Shown here: piece by piece, positions 10,045 through 20,431 of the stretch
Layout: each line of letters starts with the position of its first letter
How positions within the stretch are numbered: the stretch's first letter is position 1
Assembly: GCA_947500835.1 (NCBI GenBank)
Contig: CANMTQ010000010.1
Span: forward strand, 129,715-193,714
DNA length: 64,000 nt
DNA from: an uncultured Halomonas sp.
GTDB lineage: Bacteria; Pseudomonadota; Gammaproteobacteria; Pseudomonadales; Halomonadaceae
Reading direction: 5' to 3'
Notes under the pieces: generated by a model
Database searches by the model: none
The model's input: the letters and a program-made list of their open reading frames with translations, nothing else
Told to the model about the DNA's origin: nothing
Position numbers and translations under genes: made by a program

Positions 10045-11115
10045 ATGCTCAATTATGATTTCGACTGCCTGGTCTTCATCGGCCGCTTTCAACCTCCTCA
10101 TCTGGGGCATCTGGCTGTAATGCACGAAGCGCTGAAACGTGCGCGCCAGGTCATCGTGTTGAGTGGCTCTGCCTGGCAGGCACGCTCATTACGAAACCCC
10201 TGGCGTTTCGAAGAGCGCAGGGACATGCTACGCAGCTGCTTCGATGATCAAGAGAACAAGCGCCTCGAGATTGCACCGCTGCTTGATGCCCTCTACAACG
10301 ACGATGTCTGGGTCCGGGATGTTCAGCGCAAAGTGCGCGATATTGCCCAGCCTTCTCAAGGTAAATTACCGCGCATCGGTTTGATCGGCGCCAGTCGCGG
10401 GCAATCGAGCTATTACTTGAGTCTTTTTCCCCAATGGGAATCCGTTAGCGTGCCACTGGTGGAAGGCATTTCCGCCAGTCGAATCCGCGAGCGCCTGTTT
10501 CGCTCCAATGCCTCGGCGTCGGATTATCTTTCGACCGGTGGCGCGCACGACTTACCCCCAGGCGTACATCGTGCCCTGAACGCCTTTCAGAACACTGCGT
10601 TCTATCGTCAGCTGCTCGAAGAGCAGCATTTGCTTGAACAGTATCGCAGCGCCTGGGACCAGGCCCCTTATCCACCTATTTTCGTCACTGTGAATGCAGT
10701 GGTCGTTCAATCAGGCCATGTTCTGCTGGTCAAACGCACGGCGGCCCCAGGAAAAGGGCTTTTTGCGCTGCCCGGTGGTTTCATCGGCCCTCATGAACGT
10801 CTGCTCGATGCCTGTCTGCGAGAATTGCGAGAGCGTGTGCGCCTCAAGGTACCGGAGCCGGTTCTCAAAGGATCCTTGCGTGGCCAGAAGTTGTTCGACG
10901 AACCTCACCGCAGCTGGCGTGGCCGTACCTTGGCAGAAGCATTCTATTTTGCGCTACGTCCCGACCAACAGTTACCGCGTCTGAAACCAGTCAAGGGAGG
11001 CGACAGTGCGCGCTGGGTCGCCCTGGCAGATCTTGAGCCAGATACCTTGTTTGAAGACCACTTTTTCATTATTCAGAACTTCTTGGGTTTACCCGCCAGT
11101 GGACTGAGTCCATGA
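10045..11115 (+). CDS. Bifunctional NMN adenylyltransferase/Nudix hydrolase (NadM-Nudix type)
   Basis: IGRFQPPHLGH, RNPW, SSYYL, YPPIFVTVNAVV, ALPGGF, LFEDH. Nudix box is degenerate (see findings). Confidence 0.88.
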   Translation: MLNYDFDCLVFIGRFQPPHLGHLAVMHEALKRARQVIVLSGSAWQARSLRNPWRFEERRDMLRSCFDDQENKRLEIAPLLDALYNDDVWVRDVQRKVRDIAQPSQGKLPRIGLIGASRGQSSYYLSLFPQWESVSVPLVEGISASRIRERLFRSNASASDYLSTGGAHDLPPGVHRALNAFQNTAFYRQLLEEQHLLEQYRSAWDQAPYPPIFVTVNAVVVQSGHVLLVKRTAAPGKGLFALPGGFIGPHERLLDACLRELRERVRLKVPEPVLKGSLRGQKLFDEPHRSWRGRTLAEAFYFALRPDQQLPRLKPVKGGDSARWVALADLEPDTLFEDHFFIIQNFLGLPASGLSP

Positions 11116-11171
11116 CGAACAATGACCAAGCTTCCCTTTCCCGGCTTGCGGTACTCGGTTCAGTCTTCGGC

Positions 11172-12089
11172 TCAGGCCTGGAGCAAGTCTCGCGGCAGGG
11201 TCATCATCTGCTTCCATAACTTCTCGGCGCCGGGCTTATGCACTAGCGAGCAGCGATAAAGGCGCACTTCCAGCGGGATATCCCACTCCTCGCCACCGGC
11301 TCGTACAAAACGGCCTGAGTCGAGTTCCGTACGAATGCAGAAATCCGGAATCCAGGCCATGCCGACACCTTGTAGTGCCATTCCCTTGAGCCCTTCTGCC
11401 ATGGCAGTTTCATATATGGTTTTCAAGCGCAGGCGTAATGGATTGTTTTTTAGCAGTATGCGGACACTGCGCCCGAGAAAAGCGCCCTGTGTGTAGGCAA
11501 GGTAGGGAATGGACTCGTTACCATTCATGGGAAAGAGCGGCTGGCCCTGAGCGTCGGGCAGACAGACCGGAATCATCTTGGCATTACCGATGGAAAAGGA
11601 TGGGAATATTTCTCCATCGAGTTGCATGGTGGCGTAGGGATCGTGGTAGCCCAGCATGAGATCGCAGTTGCCTTCTCTGAGAACATGAATGGCATCGCCA
11701 ACGTTCATTGCAACCAAACGCGTGGGCAACTCCCCCACCCCCTTCTGTAGACGAGAAATCCAGCGAGGATAGAAATCCAATGCCAGGGAATGAGCTGCCA
11801 CTACGTCCAGGGCTTCATTGGCGATCGAAAGGCCGCGTAAATGCCCTAGACTTTCATTGAGTTGCTCGACCAGATTGCGGGCGGTGACAACGAACAACTG
11901 ACCTTCAGGTGTCAGTCCGATGGGTGTCGTGGAGCGATCTACTAAAACAATGCCAACTGCTTGTTCAAGAGCACGTATGCGTCTGCTGAAAGCCGGCTGA
12001 GTAACATGGCGTTGGCGTGCAGAAGCAGAAAAGCTGCGCGTATTAGCCAACGCGACAAAGTCTTCCAGCCATTTGGTCTCGAGGTTCAC
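11172..12089 (-). CDS. LysR family regulator (HypT/YjiE-like)
   Basis: KWLEDF...SFS...TQPAFSRRIRALE HTH; ETAMAEGLK. Confidence 0.9.
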   Translation of the reverse strand: MNLETKWLEDFVALANTRSFSASARQRHVTQPAFSRRIRALEQAVGIVLVDRSTTPIGLTPEGQLFVVTARNLVEQLNESLGHLRGLSIANEALDVVAAHSLALDFYPRWISRLQKGVGELPTRLVAMNVGDAIHVLREGNCDLMLGYHDPYATMQLDGEIFPSFSIGNAKMIPVCLPDAQGQPLFPMNGNESIPYLAYTQGAFLGRSVRILLKNNPLRLRLKTIYETAMAEGLKGMALQGVGMAWIPDFCIRTELDSGRFVRAGGEEWDIPLEVRLYRCSLVHKPGAEKLWKQMMTLPRDLLQA

Positions 12090-12195
12090 CGTTACTCCCT
12101 AGCGATAATTTTCAGCACCACCGGAGCTAATAATCTTGCCGGCGAAATCAATAGTTTACTTGAAGGTCAGGTGGCGCACCACGCGTGCTATCAAT

Positions 12196-13614
12196 TCACT
12201 GAACGGGCGAGAATAGATAAGCGGCGCGGGAGATCAGTTTGCGCCATAAAGGGCGTTGCTGGATTTCATTCAGCGTTACTTGGCGGCAGTTGATAAAATC
12301 ATGTTCAAGCATTTTTCTTATTTCACTAGCAAAATGACGGTCGGGAATGAAAGCTGTAATCTCGAAATTCAAACGGAAAGAACGATTATCAAGGTTCACG
12401 GTTCCAACCGCGGCGCTATGTTCGTCTATGAGCATTACCTTTTGATGCAGGAAACCTGGTTGATAACGGTATATTTTCACCCCTATCTGAAGCATATCCG
12501 GCAGGAATGAAAAGGCGGAAAGAAATACGAGGAGATGGTCGGGGCGTTCAGGGATCATTACCCGCACATCGACACCACGCAAGGCCGCTAGACGCAGGGC
12601 ATCCTGTACCCCTCTATCCGGTACGAAGTAAGGACTGGTCACCCAGAATCGATACTGCGCGTTGTGGATGGCATTTTGCACTAGAAGACTCGCCGTTTCC
12701 TGATTGTCCGCTGGGCCGGAGGGAACGATCACTACATCGTGACACTCTTCGCAAATCACCCGGGGCTGCCAATCAAGCGCAATGACACTACCTGTAGCCC
12801 AATGCCAGTCTTCCCAGAATGCTTCCTGCAATCCCAGCACGCTGGGCCCCGAGAGCTTGATATGTGTATCCCGCCAAGGTCCGTGACGGGGATCCTCACC
12901 GAGATACTCTACCCCGACGTTGAATCCACCGGTCCAGCCAAATTTGCCATCGACGACCAGGACCTTGCGATGATTACGAAAATTGAGCTGGAAACGGTGC
13001 CGAATACCCCGGGACGAATTGAAGGCGCTGACTTCTGCACCGGCTTTGCGCAGATCGTTTAGATACCCTTCTCCCAATCGTCGAGATCCTATCTCGTCAT
13101 ACAAAAAATAGACCCGCACGCCCTGCTCGATCTTTCGTTCCAGTCGTCGCTTGAGCTCCAGCCCCAAACGGTCCTGACGAATTATGAAGAACTGGATCAG
13201 AATGTAGGTTTGAGCCGCATCAATTCCTGCGAACAGGCTCTCGAACGTATCCTTGCCATCGATTAAAAGCTCTACCCGATTACTGCTGGTCAGTGGCATC
13301 TGCGCAAGATGCTCTATTGCGCGCACATTACCTTCCCGGGCGTTTACCAGATAGGGCTCGATCAGCGGACGGTAACGCACCAATACCCGTCGCAAGGCGC
13401 TATCGTGTTCACCTCGTGCCGAGACATAGCCGTAAAACCTAGGACGACCGAATACCCAGTAAGCGGGTACTGCTGCATAGGGGAAAGTCAATAGTGTAAC
13501 GATCCAGGCAACCGCCCCTTGGGAGGTACGACTCGACATCAGCGCCAGCAGCGCGGACAGCGCTCCTAGAAGATGGACCAGGAAAATACCAAGAGCGAGT
13601 AGCCAGGCGGTCAT
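12196..13614 (-). CDS. cls: Cardiolipin synthase
   Basis: Two HKD motifs (NHRKVLVVD, LHQKVMLID) and N-terminal TM helices; start trimmed to 13614. Confidence 0.93.
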   Translation of the reverse strand: MTAWLLALGIFLVHLLGALSALLALMSSRTSQGAVAWIVTLLTFPYAAVPAYWVFGRPRFYGYVSARGEHDSALRRVLVRYRPLIEPYLVNAREGNVRAIEHLAQMPLTSSNRVELLIDGKDTFESLFAGIDAAQTYILIQFFIIRQDRLGLELKRRLERKIEQGVRVYFLYDEIGSRRLGEGYLNDLRKAGAEVSAFNSSRGIRHRFQLNFRNHRKVLVVDGKFGWTGGFNVGVEYLGEDPRHGPWRDTHIKLSGPSVLGLQEAFWEDWHWATGSVIALDWQPRVICEECHDVVIVPSGPADNQETASLLVQNAIHNAQYRFWVTSPYFVPDRGVQDALRLAALRGVDVRVMIPERPDHLLVFLSAFSFLPDMLQIGVKIYRYQPGFLHQKVMLIDEHSAAVGTVNLDNRSFRLNFEITAFIPDRHFASEIRKMLEHDFINCRQVTLNEIQQRPLWRKLISRAAYLFSPVQ

Positions 13615-13700
13615 TACCTCTCCCTGTTGCGATGTCAAAATACGGCCGCGGACCAGGTCCTGACAATTTCAGGCCCTGGCAATATAGGAGTGTCATCCTA

Positions 13701-15206
13701 TCAGGCGTGGGTGGCGATGATCTCTTTCCATTTCGCCGGTCCGATCCGGTGTACGGACTCCCCTTGAGTATCGACTGCTACGGTGACTGGCATATCCTCG
13801 ACTTCGAACTCATAGATAGCTTCCATACCCAAATCTTCAAAGCCGACGACTCTTGCTTTCTTGATTGCCTGGGCAACCAGATAGGCCGCGCCCCCCACGG
13901 CCATCAGATAGACCGCCTTGTTGTCGCGAATCGCCTCGATGGCCGCTGGCCCCCGTTCAGCCTTGCCTACCATACCCAGCAACCCGGTCTGCTCGAGCAT
14001 GGTACGAGTAAACTTGTCCATTCGCGTGGCCGTTGTCGGTCCGGCTGGACCGACGACCTCGTTCCCTACCGGATCTACAGGACCAACGTAATAAATGAAA
14101 CGCCCTCGCATATCCACCGGCAGGGACTCGCCCTTAGCCAGCATATCGACCATGCGTTTATGGGCAGCGTCTCGTCCGGTCAACAACTTGCCGGAAAGCA
14201 GCACGGTATCGCCAGGCTGCCAGCTCTGTACGTCTTCAGCAGTTACCTCATCGAGATTGACTCTTCGTACGTTGTCGTTCACTTCCCAGGCGATTTCCGG
14301 CCAATCCTCGATTTTCGGTACCGGCAATTGAGCAGTGCCATTTCCGTCGAGAGTGAAGTGTATGTGCCGGGTAGCAGCGCAGTTGGGAATGATTGCCACC
14401 GGTTTGTTGGCGGCATGGGTCGGGTAGTCCTTGACCTTGATATCCAGCACGGTGGTCAGTCCACCCAACCCCTGTGCCCCGATACCGCTCTTGTTGACCT
14501 TATCGAATAGTTCAAGGCGCAACTCCTCGGCGCGATTGGCTGCACCACGAGCCTGCAATTCCTGAATGTCGATTGGATCGAGCAGCGATTCCTTGGCAAG
14601 GGTCATGGCCTTTTCCGCAGTGCCGCCGATCCCGATGCCCAGCATGCCCGGCGGGCACCAGCCTGCTCCCATTTTTGGCAGCTGTTCGAGCACCCAGTCG
14701 ACGACATTATCCGAGGGATTGAGCATCGCAAACTTGGATTTGGCTTCGCTACCGCCGCCCTTGGCCGCCACATGAATTTCGACGGTATCCCCGGGCACCA
14801 GCTTGTGATGAATGATCGCGGGCGTGTTGTCGCCCGTGTTTTGCCTTTTGCCATCCGGGTCATCGAGAATTGAAGCGCGCAGTACGTTATCCGGATGTTG
14901 ATAGGCGCGGCGTACGCCCTCATTGATCATATCGTCCAGGCTCATGTCGCCTTCCCAGCGCACCTTCATGCCGATATGGGCGAATACCGTAACGATGCCG
15001 GTATCCTGGCAAATGGGTCGGTGCCCGGTGGCGCACATGCGTGAATTTATCAGGATCTGGGCAATGGCATCCCGAGCTGCCGGGTTTTCCTCGCGCTCAT
15101 ATGCCTGATGCATGGCATCAATGAAATCTTTGGGGTGATAGTAGGAAATATACTGCAAGGCATCGGCGACGCTTTGAATCACGTCGTCTTGATGAATCAC
15201 GGTCAT
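13701..15206 (-). CDS. Class I fumarate hydratase
   Basis: RPICQDTG, KGGGSE, AGWCPP, GRDAAHKR, GPTTATRMD; start trimmed to 15206. Confidence 0.95.
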   Translation of the reverse strand: MTVIHQDDVIQSVADALQYISYYHPKDFIDAMHQAYEREENPAARDAIAQILINSRMCATGHRPICQDTGIVTVFAHIGMKVRWEGDMSLDDMINEGVRRAYQHPDNVLRASILDDPDGKRQNTGDNTPAIIHHKLVPGDTVEIHVAAKGGGSEAKSKFAMLNPSDNVVDWVLEQLPKMGAGWCPPGMLGIGIGGTAEKAMTLAKESLLDPIDIQELQARGAANRAEELRLELFDKVNKSGIGAQGLGGLTTVLDIKVKDYPTHAANKPVAIIPNCAATRHIHFTLDGNGTAQLPVPKIEDWPEIAWEVNDNVRRVNLDEVTAEDVQSWQPGDTVLLSGKLLTGRDAAHKRMVDMLAKGESLPVDMRGRFIYYVGPVDPVGNEVVGPAGPTTATRMDKFTRTMLEQTGLLGMVGKAERGPAAIEAIRDNKAVYLMAVGGAAYLVAQAIKKARVVGFEDLGMEAIYEFEVEDMPVTVAVDTQGESVHRIGPAKWKEIIATHA

Positions 15207-15333
15207 AGGGTGGGAACTCCTGGCATAAGGCACGGTTCAGTGAATGAAATTGTACCCTATTCAAATTGTTCAACACATTTTCTTGAATTAACAGAAATTA
15301 AAATTAAAAGATAACGGTATAAACGGGTGGGAT

Positions 15334-16053
15334 TTATCCCCCCAGATAGGCGCGTCGAACATCATCGTTGGCCAACAACGCCTGGCCGCTGTCAGCCAAA
15401 ACGACACGCCCATGTTCCAGCACATAGCCTCGATCGGCGATCGACAGTGCCTTGTGGGCGTTCTGCTCGACCAGGAAGATCGTGGTGCCATCATCGCGCA
15501 GCTTGGCGATGATCTCGAAGATCTGCGCGATGATGATCGGCGCCAGCCCCAGGGAAGGCTCATCGAGCAGCAGCAAGCGTGGCCGACTCATCAAGGCCCG
15601 GGCGATGGCCAGCATCTGCTGCTCGCCCCCGGACATGGTGCCGCCCCGCTGGTTGAAACGCTCTTTCAAACGCGGAAAGAGCGTCAGCACATGTTCGATG
15701 CTCTCGGCAATCTCGCGCTTGTTGCGATAGTAACCGCCCATGGCCAGATTCTCCTCCACCGTCATTCCGGTGAAGATACGCCGCCCTTCCGGAACGACGG
15801 ACAGTCCCGAGCGCATGATGCGGGAGGTAGGCCAGCCTTGTATCTCTTCGCCTTCAAAGCGAATCCTGCCGGAGGTGGGCACCGGATCGCCGCAGATCGA
15901 CATCAATAGCGTAGTCTTGCCTGCCCCATTGGAGCCTACCAGGGTGACGATTTCACCCTGGTTCACTTCCAGGGAGACTGCATCCAGCGCCTGTATGGGG
16001 CCGTAATGTGTCGTGAGATTATCGATTTCGAGCATTGACGTCGTCATGGTCAT
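15334..16053 (-). CDS. livF: Branched-chain amino acid ABC transporter ATP-binding protein
   Basis: [38 protein letters not shown]. Confidence 0.93.
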   Translation of the reverse strand: MTMTTSMLEIDNLTTHYGPIQALDAVSLEVNQGEIVTLVGSNGAGKTTLLMSICGDPVPTSGRIRFEGEEIQGWPTSRIMRSGLSVVPEGRRIFTGMTVEENLAMGGYYRNKREIAESIEHVLTLFPRLKERFNQRGGTMSGGEQQMLAIARALMSRPRLLLLDEPSLGLAPIIIAQIFEIIAKLRDDGTTIFLVEQNAHKALSIADRGYVLEHGRVVLADSGQALLANDDVRRAYLGG

Positions 16054-16820
16054 TCTTCACCCAAGTAAGCCTTGATCACTTCAGGATTACGCTGAATCTG
16101 TTCCGGCGTTCCATCGGCTAGCGGCTTGCCCTGGTTGACGACATAAATACGATCGGAAATATCCATCACCAGACTCATGTCGTGCTCGATCAGTAACACC
16201 GTAATGCCCTCTTCCTGCTTGAGTCGGACGATCATTTGATTCAGATCCCGAGTTTCGTTCGGGTTGAGTCCTGCTGCCGGCTCATCGAGCATCAAGAGCC
16301 GTGGCTGAGTCACCATGCAACGAGCAATTTCAAGACGCCGCTGCTGCCCATAGGCCAGATTACCGGCTTCGCGATTGGCAAAATCGATCAACCCTACCCG
16401 CTCCAGCCAGTGGGCGGCGCGCTCCATCACCTCCTGCTCGCGACGGCGATAGCCTTTCGTGAGCAACAAGCCCTTGAGCAGATTACGCTCCGCCTGCATG
16501 TGCTGGGCGACCAGGAGGTTCTCGATGACGGTCATTTCCTTGAACAGTCGCACATTCTGAAAGGTGCGTACCATGCCAGCCCGGGCGATCTTGAAGCCGG
16601 GCAGACGCTGCATGGGACGCCCCTTGAAAAGCACCTCGCCACTCGTTGGCCGATAAAAACCACTGATACAGTTGAAGACCGTGGTCTTGCCGGCACCGTT
16701 GGGACCGATCAGCGAGACCACCTCTCCGAGGCGTACCTCCATGCTGACCTGGTCCACCGCCAACAAACCACCGAAACGCATTGAGAGACCACGCACACTG
16801 AGCAATTCGGATTCAGCCAC
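16050..16820 (-). CDS. livG: Branched-chain amino acid ABC transporter ATP-binding protein
   Basis: [38 protein letters not shown] end; GTG start. Confidence 0.93.
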   Translation of the reverse strand: MAESELLSVRGLSMRFGGLLAVDQVSMEVRLGEVVSLIGPNGAGKTTVFNCISGFYRPTSGEVLFKGRPMQRLPGFKIARAGMVRTFQNVRLFKEMTVIENLLVAQHMQAERNLLKGLLLTKGYRRREQEVMERAAHWLERVGLIDFANREAGNLAYGQQRRLEIARCMVTQPRLLMLDEPAAGLNPNETRDLNQMIVRLKQEEGITVLLIEHDMSLVMDISDRIYVVNQGKPLADGTPEQIQRNPEVIKAYLGEE

Positions 16821-18066
16821 GTTTCAACTCCATCTGCGGGCGTTTGAGCGGCAGCAATCCTTGTGGTCGCCATACCATCATCATCACCATGATCAGGCCG
16901 AACAGCAGCATGCGGTATTCGTTGAACTCCCGAGCGATTTCCGGCAGCAAGGTCATGGCGATCGCCGCAAGAATCACTCCCAGCTGAGAACCCATGCCAC
17001 CCAGGACAACGATCGCCAGCACGATGGCGGATTCGATGAAGGTGAAAGACTCAGGACTGATGAACCCTTGCCGAGCCGCGAAGAAGGCACCGGCAAACCC
17101 TGCGAAGCTGGCGCCGATGGTGAATGCCGAAAGCTTGATACCGGTAGGGTTGAGCCCCAGGGAGCGACAGGCAATATCGTCCTCCCGCAGTGCTTCCCAG
17201 GCGCGGCCGATGGGCATGCGCATCAGACGATAGATGACATAGACGGTTGCCAGGGAAAGCAGCAAGGCCAGGATGTACAGATACATCACCTTGTAGCTCG
17301 GATCGTAGGGAATACCGAAGAATTCGTGGAAAGGGATGTTGCCTTCATCGGCGCGGCGAGAAAACTCCAGGTTGAACAGGGTCGGCTTGGGGATTCGCGA
17401 GATGCCGTTGGGCCCGCCGGTGAGTTCCGTCCAGTTGTTGAGCAGGATACGGATGATCTCGCCGAAGCCAAGGGTCACGATGGCCAGATAGTCGCCTCGT
17501 AGCCTGAGCACCGGAAACCCCAGCAGGTAGCCGAACAGCGCCGTCACGATGCCGGCGAGCGGCAGCGCCTCCCAGAAAGAGAACCCGAAGTAATTGTTGA
17601 GCAAGGCGTAGGTGTAGGCGCCTACCGCATAAAAGCCGACATATCCCAGATCGAGCAGCCCTGCCAGCCCCACCACCACGTTGAGTCCCAGCCCCAGCAT
17701 TACGTAGATCAGCGTGAGCGTGGCTAGATCTATTGCGCTACGTTCTGCCAGGAAAGGAAACAGCAATAGCGCGCCGATCACCAATGCAATCATCAAGCGC
17801 CGCTGAGCGTGATTCCTGAGTAGCGGTGGCAATGAGAAACGTGATCCGCCCCAGGTCCGACGTCTCAATGCTTCGATCCTGGGACGAAAGAGCTGATGAA
17901 AGAACACGATGACAACCGCCACACCCAGCCACAGCCAGGTCATGGGCCCTTCCACTGCCACGATGGTATTGACGCCCTGGGAGCGCAGTTCGACCCCCAG
18001 TACCGAGGCGCCAAGTAAAAACGTCAGCCCTGCGGAGAAGCCGGCATGCAACAATTGACTCGCCAT
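16813..18066 (-). CDS. livM: Branched-chain amino acid ABC transporter permease
   Basis: [38 protein letters not shown]; ATG 18066 overlaps the livH stop. Confidence 0.93.
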   Translation of the reverse strand: MASQLLHAGFSAGLTFLLGASVLGVELRSQGVNTIVAVEGPMTWLWLGVAVVIVFFHQLFRPRIEALRRRTWGGSRFSLPPLLRNHAQRRLMIALVIGALLLFPFLAERSAIDLATLTLIYVMLGLGLNVVVGLAGLLDLGYVGFYAVGAYTYALLNNYFGFSFWEALPLAGIVTALFGYLLGFPVLRLRGDYLAIVTLGFGEIIRILLNNWTELTGGPNGISRIPKPTLFNLEFSRRADEGNIPFHEFFGIPYDPSYKVMYLYILALLLSLATVYVIYRLMRMPIGRAWEALREDDIACRSLGLNPTGIKLSAFTIGASFAGFAGAFFAARQGFISPESFTFIESAIVLAIVVLGGMGSQLGVILAAIAMTLLPEIAREFNEYRMLLFGLIMVMMMVWRPQGLLPLKRPQMELKRG

Positions 18067-18986
18067 CAGATCTTCTCCACTTCCGGCTTGCCAAGAATAC
18101 CCCAAGGGCGAAATAACAAGATCAGAATCAGCAGGCCGAAGGCCACTACGTCCTTGTACTCGCTGGACAGATATCCCCCGGTGAGGGCTTCGGCGATGCC
18201 AAGAATCAGACCGCCCAGCATGGCGCCGGGAATGCTGCCGATCCCGCCAAGCACTGCAGCGGTGAACGCCTTGAGCCCGGCAAGAAAGCCGATGTAAGGG
18301 TTGACCACGCCGTAGTACATCCCCAGCAGCAGCCCTGCCACAGCGGCCAAGGCTGCACCGATGACGAAAGTCATGGAGATCACAAGATCGGTGTTGATCC
18401 CAAGAAGATTGGCCATGCCGCGATCCTGGGAACAGGCACGACAGGCACGACCAAGGCGCGAGCGGGAAATGAACAGTGCCAGTGCGCCCATGCTGAGCAA
18501 CGTGACAACGAAGATGATGACCTGCATGTAGGAGAGGTTGACGACAAATCCTTCGCCACCGAATTCCCAGCCCCCGGGCAGCAGATTGGGAATCGCCTTG
18601 TCCCGGGAGCCTTGGGCCAGACGCATGTAGTTCTGCAGAAAGATCGACATGCCAATGGCGGAGATCAACGCAATCAACCGTTTTGAACCGCGTACCGGTC
18701 GGTAAGCGACCCGCTCCACCGCAAAGCCATGGGCACTGGCAACGATCATGGACACCAACAGGGCTGCCACGATCAGAAACAGCGTGTTGTCGATGCCCAT
18801 CATCGCCAGCCCCGTGATGACAATAAAGGCGATATAGGTGCCGATCATATAGATTTCGCCGTGGGCGAAATTGATCATGCCAATGATGCCGTAGACCATG
18901 GTGTAACCGATGGCGATCAATGCATAGGTGCTGCCGATCGTCAGGCCATTGATGGTCTGCTGCAGGAAGTAGAGGAGTTCATCCAT
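18066..18986 (-). CDS. livH: Branched-chain amino acid ABC transporter permease
   Basis: [36 protein letters not shown]. Confidence 0.95.
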   Translation of the reverse strand: MDELLYFLQQTINGLTIGSTYALIAIGYTMVYGIIGMINFAHGEIYMIGTYIAFIVITGLAMMGIDNTLFLIVAALLVSMIVASAHGFAVERVAYRPVRGSKRLIALISAIGMSIFLQNYMRLAQGSRDKAIPNLLPGGWEFGGEGFVVNLSYMQVIIFVVTLLSMGALALFISRSRLGRACRACSQDRGMANLLGINTDLVISMTFVIGAALAAVAGLLLGMYYGVVNPYIGFLAGLKAFTAAVLGGIGSIPGAMLGGLILGIAEALTGGYLSSEYKDVVAFGLLILILLFRPWGILGKPEVEKI

Positions 18987-19000
18987 GGAGATTACCTGCG

Positions 19001-19036
19001 AAAAATCGCCCGGTCAGTTTGTGACCGGCCGGGCGA
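19001..19036 (-). terminator. Stem-loop between livJ and livH (partial terminator or mRNA stabiliser)
   Basis: TCGCCCGG/CCGGGCGA and CCGGTCA/TGACCGG alternative stems, followed by T5 on the minus strand. Confidence 0.45.
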
Positions 19037-19092
19037 GAATCGTTGTCATTGTCGTTATCTAATAAACTGAATCAACAGAACGCTGCCGCGTA

Positions 19093-20205
19093 TCATTTGG
19101 CTTCTGTCTTGGTACCGTCGGCGTGCCAGTTGTAGACGACGAAGTTGAATTCCTCGAGATCTCCTTTCTCGTCGTATTTCACCTCGCCAATTGGCGTATC
19201 GAAGGTGTTTTCATGCAGGTAGTCGGCGACCTCATAAGGATCTGTCGATTCGGTTTCTTTCATTCCCTCGGCCATCAGATAGACGGCGGTATAGGCGGGC
19301 ATGACAAAGGGACCGGAAGGATCCTGGTTCTTGGACTCGAAGGCCTTGACCAGATCCGCGTTGTCCGGATCGGTTTCGAAGGCCTGAGGCAGCGTGACCA
19401 GCAGCCCTTCCGAGGCCTCACCGGCAATCTTGGAAATGTCCGGGTTACCGACACCTTCCGGCCCCATGAACTGAGCGTCAAAGCCTAGCTCTCGGGATTG
19501 GCGCAGCAAGAGTCCCAGTTCCGGGTGATAGCCCCCGTAATAGACAAAATCGACGTTTTCACGCTTGAGCTTGGAAATAAGCGACGAGAAATCCTTGTCG
19601 CCGGCGGTAATACCCTCGAACAGGACGACATTGACACCGGCCTCCTCGACGGTATCGCGCACGCCGGAGGCGATGCCCTCGCCGTACTGCTGCTTGTCGT
19701 GGATGATCGCCATATTCTCGGGCTTGGCCTGTTCGGCGACGTATTGGCCGGCAACCGGCCCTTGCATGCTGTCGAGGCCGATGGTGCGGAAGACGGTCTC
19801 GTAACCGGCTTCGGTAATTGCCGGGCTAGTGGAAGCAGCCGTTATCAGTAGAATGCCTTCTTCGGCATAAATATCCGAGGCGGGTTGGGTGGCGCTGGAA
19901 CAAAGATGGCCCACCACGAACTGCACGCCGTCATTGACGATCTGGTTGGCCACCGCCACTGCCTGCTTGGGATCGCAGGCGTCATCGTATTTCACACCCT
20001 TGAGCTGTTCGCCGTTGACGCCACCTTGTTCATTGATGCGTTCAATGGCCATTTCGGCACCGGTGAACTGCATGTCTCCGTACTGTGCCAGGGGTCCTGT
20101 CACTGGCCCTGCCAACCCAATGGTAATGTCTGCCTGAGCAGTCAGGCTGGACATTCCTGCACCCACGGCCAGCACGAGGAACGACTTGCGTATCGTGTTT
20201 TTCAT
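19093..20205 (-). CDS. livJ: Branched-chain amino acid ABC transporter substrate-binding protein (LivJ/LivK)
   Basis: Signal peptide, DDACDPKQAVAVAN, GHLCSS, HDKQQYGEG, GGYHPE. Confidence 0.9.
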   Translation of the reverse strand: MKNTIRKSFLVLAVGAGMSSLTAQADITIGLAGPVTGPLAQYGDMQFTGAEMAIERINEQGGVNGEQLKGVKYDDACDPKQAVAVANQIVNDGVQFVVGHLCSSATQPASDIYAEEGILLITAASTSPAITEAGYETVFRTIGLDSMQGPVAGQYVAEQAKPENMAIIHDKQQYGEGIASGVRDTVEEAGVNVVLFEGITAGDKDFSSLISKLKRENVDFVYYGGYHPELGLLLRQSRELGFDAQFMGPEGVGNPDISKIAGEASEGLLVTLPQAFETDPDNADLVKAFESKNQDPSGPFVMPAYTAVYLMAEGMKETESTDPYEVADYLHENTFDTPIGEVKYDEKGDLEEFNFVVYNWHADGTKTEAK

Positions 20206-20431
20206 ATTTTTCCCATCTCGTTGTTATCTTTAGGAAAAACCGCCGCATTCAAGCGACTGTTCGATAGTATTATTGCCAGCTTCATTGAAGAGTGTAAAGC
20301 GTCTTTAGTTCAATATGGACTCGTTTAATACTGTATTCATCGGTAGATACAATTTTATTGGATTTCAATTGTTTATATCTTCTACTTCTTCAATGGTTTT
20401 ATTTCTACAATAAGATAACGGTATAAAACGT

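Noticed and set aside
20333-20352. TGTAT-N10-ATACA inverted repeat upstream of livJ
   Set aside because: Only 5-bp arms in very AT-rich DNA; cannot be told from chance by eye.
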